NCBI GenBank assembly: GCA_963758525.1
Contig: CAVWVQ010000003.1
Span: 2,720,001 to 2,784,000, forward strand
Length of the DNA stretch: 64,000 nt
Direction: 5' to 3'
Origin: an uncultured Phycisphaerales bacterium
GTDB taxonomy: Bacteria > Planctomycetota > Phycisphaerae > Tepidisphaerales > Tepidisphaeraceae
Below the pieces are notes generated by a model that saw nothing but the letters and a program-made list of their open reading frames with translations, searched no databases and had not been told where the DNA came from. Numbering within the stretch: the stretch's first letter is position 1; each line of letters begins with the position of its first letter. Made by a program: the position numbers and the translations under genes. Below are positions 49,148-60,415 of this stretch, piece after piece.

Positions 49148-49160
49148 CATCACAACTGCT

Positions 49161-49709
49161 TTAATCCAACTCGTCGTCCCGCAGTGAGACCGGCGGGCGC
49201 AGAATTTCCGTCAGAATGAACTGCTGCCGCAACAGCGCCGGCTGCATCCGCCGCGAAAGAGACCGCCCGTCGACCAGCGCCGGCGCGGTGGCTGTCGTTG
49301 TCGGAGAATCCTCGGATCGAGCGGCGGCGCTGAGTTTGACTGCCGGGGAGGAAGCCTCAGGCGCGAGGTGTCTGCGCTGCGGTGTCGCCGGCACGCGTCC
49401 GCCGGCGACCAGTTGGCGGATGGCTTCCGCCTGGCGAGCCGCGAACACGGCATCGGTCCGCTTCTTCGCCAGCGCACCCGGCCGCGGGATCGGCCGCAAC
49501 GATTTGGCGGTCATCGGGAGCGGCGGCGGGACGGGCTGGGGCCGTTTCGGTGAAAAAGGAGCAATGGGAACGACCGGCGTTTTTGGCCCAGTCGAGGCGC
49601 GCTTGAAAATGGCCGAGCCGATGCCGAAAAGCCAGATAGCGCCGACCACGATCATGGGGATGAATCGGAGCCAGCCCGTGTCAGCGAGAATGAGCGAGGC
49701 CGGCAGCAT
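49161..49709 (-). CDS. Membrane-anchored Pro-rich protein in the floA operon
   Basis: N-terminal TM; C-terminal LRQQFILTEILRPPVSLR. Confidence 0.7.
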   Translation of the reverse strand: MLPASLILADTGWLRFIPMIVVGAIWLFGIGSAIFKRASTGPKTPVVPIAPFSPKRPQPVPPPLPMTAKSLRPIPRPGALAKKRTDAVFAARQAEAIRQLVAGGRVPATPQRRHLAPEASSPAVKLSAAARSEDSPTTTATAPALVDGRSLSRRMQPALLRQQFILTEILRPPVSLRDDELD

Positions 49710-50093
49710 TCAGTTCGACGCTCCACGCCGCAGGGCGACCGGCGGCAACACCAGTTCGGTCATCATCAGCGCAGTGGCGATATTCTTGCGCGATCGCAAC
49801 GCCTCGGCGATCTGGGTCGCGGGCGACGTCGCTGGCGCCGCCGCGGCCGGCTCGGCGGTCGCCGCCCGCTTCGTGGAAGTTACAGCCTGCGGCGCCGGCG
49901 CGGAGCGTGGAAGTCGCTTGCCCCTTGCGGCGACAGCCGCCTGCCGTCCACGCGTCGCAACGGGAGTTGCCGCAACAATCGGCGCAGGCGCGGCTGGTAC
50001 GCGCGCCGCGGCTTTGCGGGCAGAGTTCGACTCCGATGCGGAGTTCACCGCCCGGATGATCAGCTTGATGATGAAAACCAGCAGTTCGTCCAT
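49710..50093 (-). CDS. YqfB-like protein in the floA operon
   Basis: C-terminal IATALMMTELVLPPVALR, similar to the neighbour's tail. Confidence 0.6.
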   Translation of the reverse strand: MDELLVFIIKLIIRAVNSASESNSARKAAARVPAAPAPIVAATPVATRGRQAAVAARGKRLPRSAPAPQAVTSTKRAATAEPAAAAPATSPATQIAEALRSRKNIATALMMTELVLPPVALRRGASN

Positions 50094-50100
50094 GAATGTT

Positions 50101-51101
50101 TCAAACCTTTGGCCCTTCCACCGGCTTGGCAATTGCCTCGCGCATGCTGGTGTCGGCCTGCACATTCTTGAGCTTGTAATAATCCATCACGCCTAGGTTC
50201 CCATTGCGGAGCGCCTCGGCGATCGCCTTGGGGATTTCCGCCTCGGCCAGCACCACCGCGGCCCGGTTGGCCGCGACATGCGCGATGTTTTCCTGCTCCT
50301 GCGCAATGGCCATCGCGCGGCGCTGCTCGGCCTCGGCCTGGAAGCGGCGCTTGTCAGACTCGGCCCGGTCGGCGGCAAGCTTCGCGCCAGGTTCTCTCCC
50401 ACGTCGATATCCGCGATGTCGATGGAGAGAATCTCGAATGCGGTGTTGGCGTCGAGCCCTTTGCTCAAGACGGCTTTGGAGATCGAGTCGGGGTTTTCCA
50501 GGACGTGCTTGTAATCGATGGCAGACCCGATCGCGTTCACGATTCCTTCGCCCACGCGCACGATGACGGTTTCCTCGGTCGCCCCGCCCACGAGGCTCTT
50601 GATGTTGGTTCGGACGGTGACCCGGGCACGCACCTTCAGTTGGATTCCGTCCTTCGCGACGCCGTCGATCGTCGTGCGGCCAAGTGTGGTGTTGGGGACG
50701 TCGATCACCTTCGGATTCACGCTGGTCTGCACCGCATCGAGGATGTCGCGCCCCGCCAGATCGATGGCGGTGGCAATCTGCCAGGGAAGCTCGATCTGCG
50801 CCTTGTTGGCCGCGATCATCGCGTTGATGACGCGCTGCACATCGCCGCCGGCAAGCACGTGCGATTCCATCTCGCGGTTGCTGACGTTGATGCCGGCGCG
50901 GCTGGCCTGAATGCGGGCGTTGACGATCGCCAGCGCATTCACTTTCCGCACGCGCATCCCCATCAGATCAAAAAGGCTGATGTGCGATCCGCTGGCAAAC
51001 GCGCGAATGTACAGCCCAAGAAACTGGGCGATGAATGCGAAGACGATCAGCAGAAAAATAAGAAAGACGACAAGCAGACCGACGCCGATAGGGTTACTCA
51101 T
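50101..51101 (-). CDS. floA: Flotillin-like protein FloA (frameshift near 50390)
   Basis: AIDLAGRD...[27 protein letters not shown]...[19 protein letters not shown]; tail GNLGVMDYY...ADT.MR. Confidence 0.93.
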
Positions 51102-51224
51102 ATGATTCCCTCCGATGGGAAGCGACACGGGACTTTGTTCATGCCCCGCTTATTCTATGAAGGCGGCGGGGGAAAGCGAAAGGCGTGCGGGATGCACGAC
51201 CGTCTCCGCGTCTCTGCGCACTGC

Positions 51225-51254
51225 CCCCTCTCCCGGTATTCCGGGAGAGGGGGT
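51225..51254. repeat. CCCTCTCCC-type hairpin repeat
   Basis: CCCCCTCTCCCGG-TATT-CCGGGAGAGGGGG; degenerate relative near 47751-47777. Confidence 0.55.
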
Positions 51255-51418
51255 AGCGCACAACGACGGCCCTGCATCAGGCGTGCGGCTGGACCTGACG
51301 GCTACATGCCAATTGTCGCTGCGCTGATCATTTCCCCTCCCCCGGAGTACCCAATATTTTGCACCTGCGATGTAAGTCCTCTTCCTCTGTTTTTCCAATG
51401 AAATGCTTGGCTCCCTTA

Positions 51419-52942
51419 TCACACTTGCCTGACTACCACGCGCGTGCCCCGCACTTCCTCAACCGCGATTTTACTGCCCGGCGGAACGAAGCCGCTCGAG
51501 CTGACCACGGAAGTGGTGCGGGTGTCGTCCGCGAAGGGAAAACGCGCAGATCCTCCCGGCTTCAATTCGCTCACGGCTTCGCCAATCGTCCCGACAAATG
51601 GCCAGGAATCGGGTTTGAGCGGCTGCAGCGCCAACGGAATACTCCCGCCCGATGTCTCAGTGAGAACCAGTCTTTTGAAGTATGGGATGGCGGGCAAATA
51701 TTTGCGGAGCCAGACGGAAAGAATAACTGAGCAGATCATTCCGCCGATCACGACAAGCAATCCGGTCTGCGCATTGCGCCACGTTTGATGCATGTTGGGA
51801 AGCCAGCCCGGCGACGCCGGTTCTCTGCCGACGAACGTCAGCACCAGTCCGAGCACGATCATGAACAATCCCAGCGCCAGTGAAACGCCATGGCCGGGGA
51901 AGACGAAGATCTCAAACGCGCACAGCGCCAACCCGGCGACGATCACCAGAATTTCCCACCACTGCGCATACCCCGTAAGCAGCGGCACGCCGACCAACAG
52001 CGCCAGCGAGACGACGGCAGTCGCCTCGGCGGCGCCATGACCAGGAGCGTGCAGGGAGATATTGAGCGCCATGATAAAGGCCGTCAGCAGCAGAAATCGC
52101 GCGAACGGATTGCTCAAAATCGCGACGATCTCGTCACCGACGCCGGGCGTCAAATCGGCAATGAGCGACAGATGCCGATCCTTGATGAGTTCATCAGTGG
52201 TCGGGACGGTCGCCTTGGAGAGGTTGAGCGTCTGCGCGATGTCCGGCCCAACCGTCAACAGCGTGTCGGCTCCATCGACCGGGTCAGGCACACCGGGCAT
52301 CGGTTTCCATCCCTGCTTGAGCAGATCCTTATAGCCGTCGTCGTCGACGAAGCGTTTGTCTCCGTTGGCGTTCTGCAGAACATGGACAACCGTTTGCACC
52401 CGCACCATCGCCTCGGCGACGAGCGGGTCGTATCCGTTCCGCCGGGCGCTGCTGAGGAAATCCGACAGCACCGGTGATTCCTCCTTCGCGCGCTCCGCAG
52501 CAGGAAGCGGCTGCAACTGTCCATCGGTGCTGAAGATGATCGGGGCGCAGTCGCCGATCTGCGAGCCGGGGGACATGACGATCTCGTCGCACGCGATCGC
52601 GATCATCGAGCCGGCGGAGATCGCCTTGGTCTTCACGAACGCAATCGTATGAATATCCGTCTGATCGCGGAGGAACCGGGAGATATCGAGCCCCGCGGTG
52701 ACAAGTCCGCCATAGGTGTTGATGCGAAGGATGACAGTCTTCGCCCCCATGTCGCGAGCCCGCTGGAACCGCCGCAGCAAATCGTCGCGCGTGTAGTCGT
52801 TGATCTCGTCGGAGATGGGGATGACAACAGTCTTCGCGCGCGCGTCGGACTCCGGGCCCGTCGGCTGCGTCGGCGAATCCGCAAACAGAAGGGCGGTGGA
52901 CGCGATGCAGATTGCCCACGCCAGCGCATGGATCGTCTTCAT
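51419..52942 (-). CDS. nfeD: Long-form NfeD (ClpP-like domain, TMs, OB domain)
   Basis: INTYGG, AISAGSMIA, M.PGSQIG, EIFVFPGHG, G.A.SELKPGG; upstream of floA. Confidence 0.9.
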   Translation of the reverse strand: MKTIHALAWAICIASTALLFADSPTQPTGPESDARAKTVVIPISDEINDYTRDDLLRRFQRARDMGAKTVILRINTYGGLVTAGLDISRFLRDQTDIHTIAFVKTKAISAGSMIAIACDEIVMSPGSQIGDCAPIIFSTDGQLQPLPAAERAKEESPVLSDFLSSARRNGYDPLVAEAMVRVQTVVHVLQNANGDKRFVDDDGYKDLLKQGWKPMPGVPDPVDGADTLLTVGPDIAQTLNLSKATVPTTDELIKDRHLSLIADLTPGVGDEIVAILSNPFARFLLLTAFIMALNISLHAPGHGAAEATAVVSLALLVGVPLLTGYAQWWEILVIVAGLALCAFEIFVFPGHGVSLALGLFMIVLGLVLTFVGREPASPGWLPNMHQTWRNAQTGLLVVIGGMICSVILSVWLRKYLPAIPYFKRLVLTETSGGSIPLALQPLKPDSWPFVGTIGEAVSELKPGGSARFPFADDTRTTSVVSSSGFVPPGSKIAVEEVRGTRVVVRQV

Positions 52943-53028
52943 GCCATGATTATAAGCATCTTTTCTATTCCCTTCTTCTCCTGTGCCCCGAGGCGGCGAA
53001 TTCCAGCAGCAGAAGCTATGATGCCGCC

Positions 53029-53370
53029 ATGAAGCACCAACGCCTGCTCTTCCTATTCGTTTTGTTGCTGACGATCGGCTTCCTTCGCGTCAGCGCCCGC
53101 AGCGACCCTGCCGACGCGCCAGGGCCGCTTGCCGACCGCGCGTTCGCATCGCATTTGAAAATCACGCTCGATCCGCGCACCGCATCGGATTACGGCGTTG
53201 ATCCCAAAAAGGTCGATTCGCTCATTAACGAATTCGCCGCCAAGCACGATTCATTTAATCTCAGCGATCTGCAGAACCTGAAGATTCCCGCCGGTCCTGA
53301 CAAAAATCTCCTGCTCAGCGAAATTGCAACGATCGACGTGCAATTCAACCCGATGGCCGCCAAGCAGTAG
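53029..53370 (+). CDS. Small exported protein
   Basis: Signal peptide MKHQRLLFLFVLLL. Confidence 0.6.
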   Translation: MKHQRLLFLFVLLLTIGFLRVSARSDPADAPGPLADRAFASHLKITLDPRTASDYGVDPKKVDSLINEFAAKHDSFNLSDLQNLKIPAGPDKNLLLSEIATIDVQFNPMAAKQ

Positions 53371-53378
53371 CAACCCAC

Positions 53379-54640
53379 ATGCGGACCTGGCTATGCATCC
53401 CGCTGATCTTCCTTTCCAGTGCGCTGTTGGCCCGCGCCGCCGCAATTGCGGAGAATCCCGCCGTTCCCGAGTCGATGGGAGTCAACATTCACTTCACCGA
53501 TCCGCGGCCGGGGGAAATGGAGATGCTCGCCGCGGCCGGATTCAAGTGGGTCCGCATGGATCTGGGCTGGAACGGCACCGAGCGAACGAAAGGCAACTAC
53601 GATTTCTCCGCCTATGACCGGCTGCTCGCGGCCCTGGATGCAAAACAGATGCACGCGATGCTCATCCTGGATTATTCCAACAGGCTCTACGACGAAGGCC
53701 TGTCCCCTTTTACCGATGACGGCCGTGCCGCGTTCGCGCGATGGGCCGCGGCCGCGGTGCAGCATTTCAAGGGTCGGGGCGTTCTCTGGGAAATGTACAA
53801 CGAGCCGAATGGCGGGTTCTGGAAACCCAAGGCCGACGCGGGCGCTTACTGGCAACTTGCGCTGACCGTCGGCAAGGCGCTTGCGCAGCGGCGCCGGACG
53901 AAACGTATATCGGCCCGGCGATGGCCGGCATGGAGTTCACCTACCTGCAGAAGTGCTTCGATGCCGGCGTGCTTCAGTACTTCTCGGCCGTCACCGTGCA
54001 TCCGTACAGGCAGGAAGAGCCCGAAACTGTCGCTAAGGACTACGCAAAGCTGCGGGCGATGATCGCGCAAGCTGCGCCCGCGGGAAAGAAAATTCCCGTG
54101 ATCAGCGGCGAATGGGGATATTCGGAACGCTTCCGCAATCAAAACGAAGAAAATCAGGGAAAGACGCTGGCACGCGAGTTCCTGACGAATCTCGCCGAAG
54201 GAATTCCCCTCTCAATCTGGTATGACTGGCACGATGACGGAGATGATCCGAAAAACGCTGAGCATCGTTTCGGCATCGTGCACCATGCATTCCTCAAAGA
54301 CGGTCTGACGCCATACGCGCCAAAGCCGGCATATCTGGCGGCCAAAACGCTCGGCACGACGTTCGCGGGATATCGTTTCGAAAAGCGATTGCCGGTCGGC
54401 GGTCCGAACGACTGCGTGCTGCTCTTCAATAACGGCAACGCCCATGCAATCGCGGCCTGGTCAACTTCGCATGAACAGCACGATGTCACGATTCCGATCC
54501 AGGGAGCGGTTCACCGAACCAGTCACGTGGGCGATGATCTGGGCGACAAGGTCGCCGCTGCCGACGGACTTCACATCGTGCTGACTGATGCTCCGGTGTA
54601 TCTCACGTCTGACGAGCCGAGGTCATTCCAACCGCTTTGA
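53379..54640 (+). CDS. Clan GH-A glycoside hydrolase (GH5/GH39-like; frameshift near 53880)
   Basis: GVNIH, GFKWVRMD..W, WEMYNEPN, HPY, SGEWGY. Confidence 0.85.
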
Positions 54641-54900
54641 TTCGCGCGTTATTGACCCGCCAGGGAGAGGTGCATTCGCGCACGAACAACTTGATCATTT
54701 TCGAAGCATAAATGAGGTAATTACGTATCACAGCCGTCTCGGCTGTGGCCCGCAAGCACAGCCGAGACGGCTGTGCTGGAACCGCCAGCCATTCCCGCGG
54801 TGCGACGATTCCCTGGGTTGAAGACCGCTCTTATCGGTCCCGCCGACTCACCCGGATGGCAGGAGCAAGCGGCGCGGCCGATGGTGCCGATACGAACATC

Positions 54901-56238
54901 ATGATTTCGATGTGGGAACGAGCGCGGGGCCTGACGACCCTGCTGAGTCATTCAAAGCTGCAGCAACGGCACCTCCGCGAGTTTCAGAACCGGCGGCTGC
55001 GCACTCTGGTGCGACACGCATACGACAACGTTCCCTTCTACCGCACGCTGTACGACCAGCATGGCGTCGATCCCCGCGCTATTCGCGGCGTTGACGACAT
55101 CGAACGGCTGCCTGTCACCACCAAGCGAATGTTCCAGGCGCTCCCGATGGAGCAACGTCTGGCGCGGGACGAACCAGGACCGGCTGATTCTGCGCAAAAC
55201 CAGCGGCTCGTCAGGGCAACCGTTCGTATTCGCGCGCTCGCTGATCGAAGAGCGATTTCTGGGATGGGTCCGGCTTCGCGCGATGCTGGAGATGGGCACC
55301 CGGCTGACCTACCGCCATGCCAGCGTCCTGATCAACCACAAACGGCAGAAGTCGGACAAGCAGTTGCCGCTGGGAATTCTCAAAGCCTTCGGGCTGATGC
55401 GGGGAGCGCCGATCGATTGCTTTCAGGAGCCGCGCGCCATCCTCGACCAGTTGGTGCGTGTTGATCCTGACGTGATCATTGGGTTTCCCGGAGTATTGTC
55501 GCGCGTCGCGACGCTGGCGCAGGCGCCGGCAAGTCGACTCTCAAGCCGCGCCTGATCTTCTGCGGCGGTGAAACCGTCACTCCGATGATGCGCAAGCAGA
55601 TCGAGCAGGGCTTTGGCGCTCCGCTGCGCGACACCTATGGGTGCGTCGAATTTAATCTGATTGCATCGCAATGCTGCGGCAACGGCGTCATGCACACCTG
55701 CGACCACGGAGTCATCAGTGAAGTGCTCAGCGGCGAAAAGCCGACCCCGTTTGGCGAGCGCGGGGAGATGGTGCTGACCGGACTTCACTCGTTTGCGATG
55801 CCCCTCATTCGCTACCGCATCGGCGACGTGGTCACGCGCGGCACGGCCGGCTGCGCGTGCGGCAGCCCCTTCGCGACGATCAGCGCGATCCAGGGCCGGA
55901 TGGTCGATCATTTCCAGCTTCCCGACGGCCGGCTCCTGCATCCGTGGAAGATCATCATCAGCGTCTTCGATGACCCGAAAATTGTGAGCGAGGTGCAGTT
56001 GCTTCAGGAGACCAGGTCGCGCGTCGTGATGCGGATCGTTCCGCAGCGGCCCATCTCTGAGAGCGAAATGAGCCACATTCGCGGCGGCGCCTCCCGACTG
56101 CTCGGCCCTGATGTGACCCTCGACATTCAACTGGTGGCTCGAATTCAGCAGGAAGCCACCGGCAAGTTCCGCACCTCCCGCTCGCTGGTGGAATCACAGT
56201 ATGACAACTTCAATGCCGCGGCGGCGGGCGCCGCGTAG
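54901..56238 (+). CDS. Phenylacetate-CoA ligase family protein (two frameshifts)
   Basis: HAYDNVPFYR, LPVTTK, TSGSSGQP, YGCVE, MPLIRYRIGD, GR. Confidence 0.85.
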
Positions 56239-56251
56239 CATGAACTGAACG

Positions 56252-57553
56252 TTGACGAACGCGGGCCAAGCGGCTATCCCAAGTCAAGTGTCTGCCGAAC
56301 TTATCCTTCTCATTGCATATGGGCTGCTGGGAGTGTGCGCCTGGGGCGTCTACGGGTTCGCCATCTGGTGGGGCCGGGAAAAGATGCTGCTGATGAAGCG
56401 CCCGCCGCACCCGTTCGCGGTCTCGCCGCTTCCGTCGGTCACCATTTTGATTCCGGCGAAAGATGAGGGCGAACGCATCCGCGGGTGCATTCAGTCGGCG
56501 CTCGGTCAGGATTATCCGCATACCCGCGTCATTGCAATCGATGATCGCAGCTTAGATCAGACCGGCGCGGTGATGGATGAGATGGCTTCCGCGAATCCGC
56601 AGTTGGAAGTATTGCACATCAAGGAGCCGCCCGCGCCGGGATGGACGGGCAAAAACAACGCTCTCTACACCGCCGCCAGGAACGCGCCCGGCGACTGGCT
56701 TCTGTTCGTGGATTCCGATGTGGTGCTGCAGCCCGACGCGCTCACGGTCGCAATGTCGGTGTCACTGCGAAAGCAGTTTGATCTGCTCTCGCTGCTGCCC
56801 CGGCTCGAGAGTCATACCCTCTGGGAGAGCCTGCTCGTCCCGCTGGCGGGCAGCGCGGCCTCCTCGCTCTATCTCATCGCGCTGACCAACTCGGCAAACT
56901 ACACGGGGCCCCCGTTCGCCAATGGGCAATTCCTCCTGATTAAGCGCACCAGCTACGACGCAATCGGCGGGCACGCGACCGTTCGCGACCGCTTCTGCGA
57001 AGACGTGGAGATTGCCATATTGCTCAAGCGCGGGGGGATGAAGCCGAGGGTTTCCTGGGGGAACGAGTTCGCGTCGGTGCGTATGTATGACTCGCTGTCG
57101 AACATCGTGCGGGGCTGGAGCCGAATTTTCTATTCCGCCCGCGTCGGAAGCCCCCGCACGGCCCTGAGCGGCATCGCCTTTTTGCTCTGCTGCTGTTTCA
57201 CCGCGTACCCCGCCCTGGCGTGGGGGCTGCTGGGACTCCTCCACCCGTCGGCCGTACCCCATCCGCATCTGGCGATCGCCTGGTTCGCGACGGCGGCAAT
57301 GCATCTCTCAATGATGACCTGGTTTGTCGGTCTGATGTATTTCTGGAGCGGAAACCCCCGGCGCAACGCTCTGCTGTTCCCGGTGGCGGGCGCCATGCTG
57401 ATGTTCATCTTCATGAAGAGTTTGAAGATGTGCATCACCAAGAAAGTAGAGTGGCGGGGCACTGCCTACTCGCACACCATGACCCATGATCTGGGCTCCG
57501 CGAAGCAACCGGCCGCGGCTCCCAGCTCGCCGCGGAGACAGGGGCATTGCTAA
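56252..57553 (+). CDS. Glycosyltransferase family 2, membrane-bound
   Basis: LIPAKDE, DDRSLD.T, GWTGK..AL, FVDSD, ANGQF, EDV, RMY, GWSR. Confidence 0.9.
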   Translation: MTNAGQAAIPSQVSAELILLIAYGLLGVCAWGVYGFAIWWGREKMLLMKRPPHPFAVSPLPSVTILIPAKDEGERIRGCIQSALGQDYPHTRVIAIDDRSLDQTGAVMDEMASANPQLEVLHIKEPPAPGWTGKNNALYTAARNAPGDWLLFVDSDVVLQPDALTVAMSVSLRKQFDLLSLLPRLESHTLWESLLVPLAGSAASSLYLIALTNSANYTGPPFANGQFLLIKRTSYDAIGGHATVRDRFCEDVEIAILLKRGGMKPRVSWGNEFASVRMYDSLSNIVRGWSRIFYSARVGSPRTALSGIAFLLCCCFTAYPALAWGLLGLLHPSAVPHPHLAIAWFATAAMHLSMMTWFVGLMYFWSGNPRRNALLFPVAGAMLMFIFMKSLKMCITKKVEWRGTAYSHTMTHDLGSAKQPAAAPSSPRRQGHC

Positions 57554-57625
57554 GCCGCGCACGCGGGGAGTACACTTTTCACTGCGTCGGTCCTGAGTGT
57601 CCTCAAGCACCCGGAGATTTGCCTC

Positions 57626-58645
57626 ATGTCCCTGCGCCACATTTGCGTTCTCCTTGGCCTCTGCCTTGTTTCGATTTCGCGCGCGGTCGCGGCAGACGAC
57701 GTCGCCAAGCCGCGCATCGGGAAGCTTCCCCACCTCGAGTTCGATCTGGACAAGAAACAGGTGCGCGTCGAATGCGAAGCGCTGGATACCAGCGCCCCGC
57801 TCGAATTCTTCTGTTGCGAAACCGGCACCAACGAATATGAATCGTTGCTCCGATCGTCAGTCAAGCCATCAGATGTCCATACTGCTCTGTTGGCCATCGG
57901 CCTCAAGCCAGGCTCGCCGGTCACGTATTCCGAAGCGCTCAAGAAGCTCATCCCTCCGCACGGCCCGCCGCTGCGAATTTCTCTCGAATATGAGAAAGAC
58001 GGCAAGGTCGTTCGCACCTTGGCACAACATTGGCTGCGGGACATCAAGACCAAGAAAGAGCCGCCGCATTTCGGCTGGGTGTTCGCCGGCTCGCGTGTGA
58101 TGCCCGACGGTAAATACGCCGCCGACATGACCGGCTACATCGTGAGCATTGTCAATTTCGACCTGACGATGATTGACGTTCCCGAGCTTGCCAGCAGCGC
58201 CAACGAAACGCTCGAGTGGGAGCGCAATCCCGACACCGCTCCGAAGGCCGGCACCACGGTTTGGATGGTCATCGAGCCGATGGGTGGCGGCGGCGATGCC
58301 GCCAATGCGCCAACCACCGCGCCCGCGCAACCAGTTGTTGCAGATGTTCCGTCGGCCCCGCCGGCGGACGCCTCCCCTCCACCGCCGGCCACCGAGCCAT
58401 CGCTTTCCGACGTGCATATCGACCAGGCGAAAGTAGACCGTCTGCAAAAGTACTGGGAGGAAAAAGTCTCCCCGCACGCCGCCGCGCTCCGCGAGGCGGC
58501 CGAGGCGCATTACAAGGTGATGGCCGACCTTCGGCGCGAACAGCAGCGGCTGATCGACGAAGCCGATCGTATTCAGCGGACCATTGATGCCCTCGAAAAA
58601 CAGTATCAGGACATGACCACACCGCATCCCGAGCCCGGATCGTGA
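57626..58645 (+). CDS. YdjY-like exported protein
   Basis: Signal peptide; LEFF.C...T.EYESLL...PS.VH.ALL..GL.PG, WVFAGS, IVNF. Confidence 0.75.
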   Translation: MSLRHICVLLGLCLVSISRAVAADDVAKPRIGKLPHLEFDLDKKQVRVECEALDTSAPLEFFCCETGTNEYESLLRSSVKPSDVHTALLAIGLKPGSPVTYSEALKKLIPPHGPPLRISLEYEKDGKVVRTLAQHWLRDIKTKKEPPHFGWVFAGSRVMPDGKYAADMTGYIVSIVNFDLTMIDVPELASSANETLEWERNPDTAPKAGTTVWMVIEPMGGGGDAANAPTTAPAQPVVADVPSAPPADASPPPPATEPSLSDVHIDQAKVDRLQKYWEEKVSPHAAALREAAEAHYKVMADLRREQQRLIDEADRIQRTIDALEKQYQDMTTPHPEPGS

Positions 58646-59319
58646 CCCGTTCCACCGTCTCTCGACTCGCCTTGCCATTTCTGCTTGCGCTGTGCGCCAC
58701 CGGCTTGTGTTACTTGGCCGCGGGTCCGACGCTGGGGCTGTTCTTCGGCACTTTTTTCGTCGCCGCGATGATCGTCCCGCCGCTGCAACAGACAGAGAGC
58801 GGCGCGAGCGCAATTGTCGCCGGAGTATGCGCCGGCGCAGCCGTCGTTTGGGTCGCGGCCGCGACGCGGCCGGATGTCTATGTCTGGGATTGCGGGAGAA
58901 GCGTGGTGATGCTCGCGGCCTGGATCCTGGCGCTCCTTGGCGTCGGGCGGCTGCTCCGTGTCGCGCACGTCGGGCCGACGCCCGCAGCCGGGCTGACTCT
59001 TTTCATCGCCCTGGCATGGCTGTCCTGGCCGGTGTGGCTCACTCCTGCGCTCGAAACGTCGCATGGCCAAGCCATCGTCGACCTCCTCGTCCCCGTGCAC
59101 CCCCTGTTCTCCATCAATGGAGTCATGAAGCACTTCGGCGCCTGGGATCATTATCCTGCCCTGGCGTATCCAACGCTGACTGTTTTGAATCAGGATGTCT
59201 CCTATCGTCAGCCGACCGGCATTCTTCCCGCCGCTCTTTTCCACGCGATGTTTGGCCTTGCGCTGCTGATTCCACGACGAAGCGTTCTTGAGACGGGATC
59301 GCCGCGTCGCGCGTTGTGA
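58642..59319 (+). CDS. Multi-TM hypothetical protein
   Basis: GTGA overlap; multiple hydrophobic segments. Confidence 0.75.
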   Translation: MTRSTVSRLALPFLLALCATGLCYLAAGPTLGLFFGTFFVAAMIVPPLQQTESGASAIVAGVCAGAAVVWVAAATRPDVYVWDCGRSVVMLAAWILALLGVGRLLRVAHVGPTPAAGLTLFIALAWLSWPVWLTPALETSHGQAIVDLLVPVHPLFSINGVMKHFGAWDHYPALAYPTLTVLNQDVSYRQPTGILPAALFHAMFGLALLIPRRSVLETGSPRRAL

Positions 59320-59328
59320 CCCGCGCGC

Positions 59329-60156
59329 TCACGGACGATCAATCGATCTCGTTGTGGCGGGGCTCCTCTTCCCGATCTCCAGCCCCGCAAGTACCAGAGG
59401 CGCCAAGACCCGTGCGGCAAATTCCGGCCTGAGCGTTCCAACATGGTCGCCAAGATTTCCGTATTTCATCCACGCTTTGTCGAACGGATATTGGATGAGC
59501 TTCGCATATTGCAACGGATCTCCGTCCTTTGGCATCACGAATCCGACCTTTCCCGACGCCTCGGTTCGCACGCCATCGATCGTGCCGAACGCGCTGGTGC
59601 CTGCGCCGAGAACAATCGAATCGTATTCACTGTTGAACGCGTATGCATTGCCGCTCACATGGCGGAGCGCCTCGCTGAGGTCATATCCCGGCGAGAGCGC
59701 CGACGACAGGAGAAACAGCGTTTGCACATGCACATCTTTGGGCAATCGTTCCAGCGCCCAGACCGCCAGTCCCGTGCCGCCGCTGTGTGCGGTCAGCGTG
59801 ATCTGTATTGCCGGGTCGTCCTTGACGAGCAGCACGATCTTGTCGGCGATACGCTGCGCTTCCTTGTCGTTGCGCTGGCGCGACCAGAGCGCGGACAACC
59901 CCGGCTGCGATTCGGTCCAATCGTAGATCTCGGCCGGCCCGTCGTACCCGCCGGTTTTGAGTCCGTGAATGAGATCGTGGTCGATTGATAGCTCTCCACC
60001 GACGCCAGGCAGATGGATCAATCGCGTGTGCTGGAAGGATACGGATTCAAGTCTCGGCGCCGCAGGAGTTGAATTATCAGCCGCGCGGGTTGCGCTCGGC
60101 AGCGACCACAACACGGTAAAGAGAGAAAGGCAGGAAATAGCACAGTTGACGGCCAT
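59329..60156 (-). CDS. Exported alpha/beta hydrolase-fold protein
   Basis: HLPGVGG, AHSGG nucleophile elbow, LLSSALS, GDH. Confidence 0.75.
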   Translation of the reverse strand: MAVNCAISCLSLFTVLWSLPSATRAADNSTPAAPRLESVSFQHTRLIHLPGVGGELSIDHDLIHGLKTGGYDGPAEIYDWTESQPGLSALWSRQRNDKEAQRIADKIVLLVKDDPAIQITLTAHSGGTGLAVWALERLPKDVHVQTLFLLSSALSPGYDLSEALRHVSGNAYAFNSEYDSIVLGAGTSAFGTIDGVRTEASGKVGFVMPKDGDPLQYAKLIQYPFDKAWMKYGNLGDHVGTLRPEFAARVLAPLVLAGLEIGKRSPATTRSIDRP

Positions 60157-60242
60157 GAAGCATCGAATCGTACCGGTCACAGCGGCGCCTGTCGCGAGAT
60201 ACACGACCGTCGCTGCGCCGTGGATCTGGCGATCGGCTCCAA

Positions 60243-60415
60243 GTAGGGCGGGATTCATCCCGCCGATTTGTCGGCCCGCCCAAAAACCGGCGGGATGAAT
60301 CCCGCCCACCATCTGGGTGTGGCGCTCGAAAGCGGCGCTCGCCCCGCGTAGGGCGGGATTCATCCCGCCGATTTGTTGGCCCGCCGAAAAAACAGCGGGA
60401 TGAATCCCGCCCTAC
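60243..60415. repeat. Two tandem GTAG-type REP inverted pairs
   Basis: GTAGGGCGGGATTCATCCCGC...GCGGGATGAATCCCGCCC(T)AC at 60243-60309 and 60348-60415. Confidence 0.9.

Noticed and set aside
60243..60415. CRISPR array
   Set aside because: Only two palindromic units with near-identical inner sequence, and no cas genes; fits REP elements.
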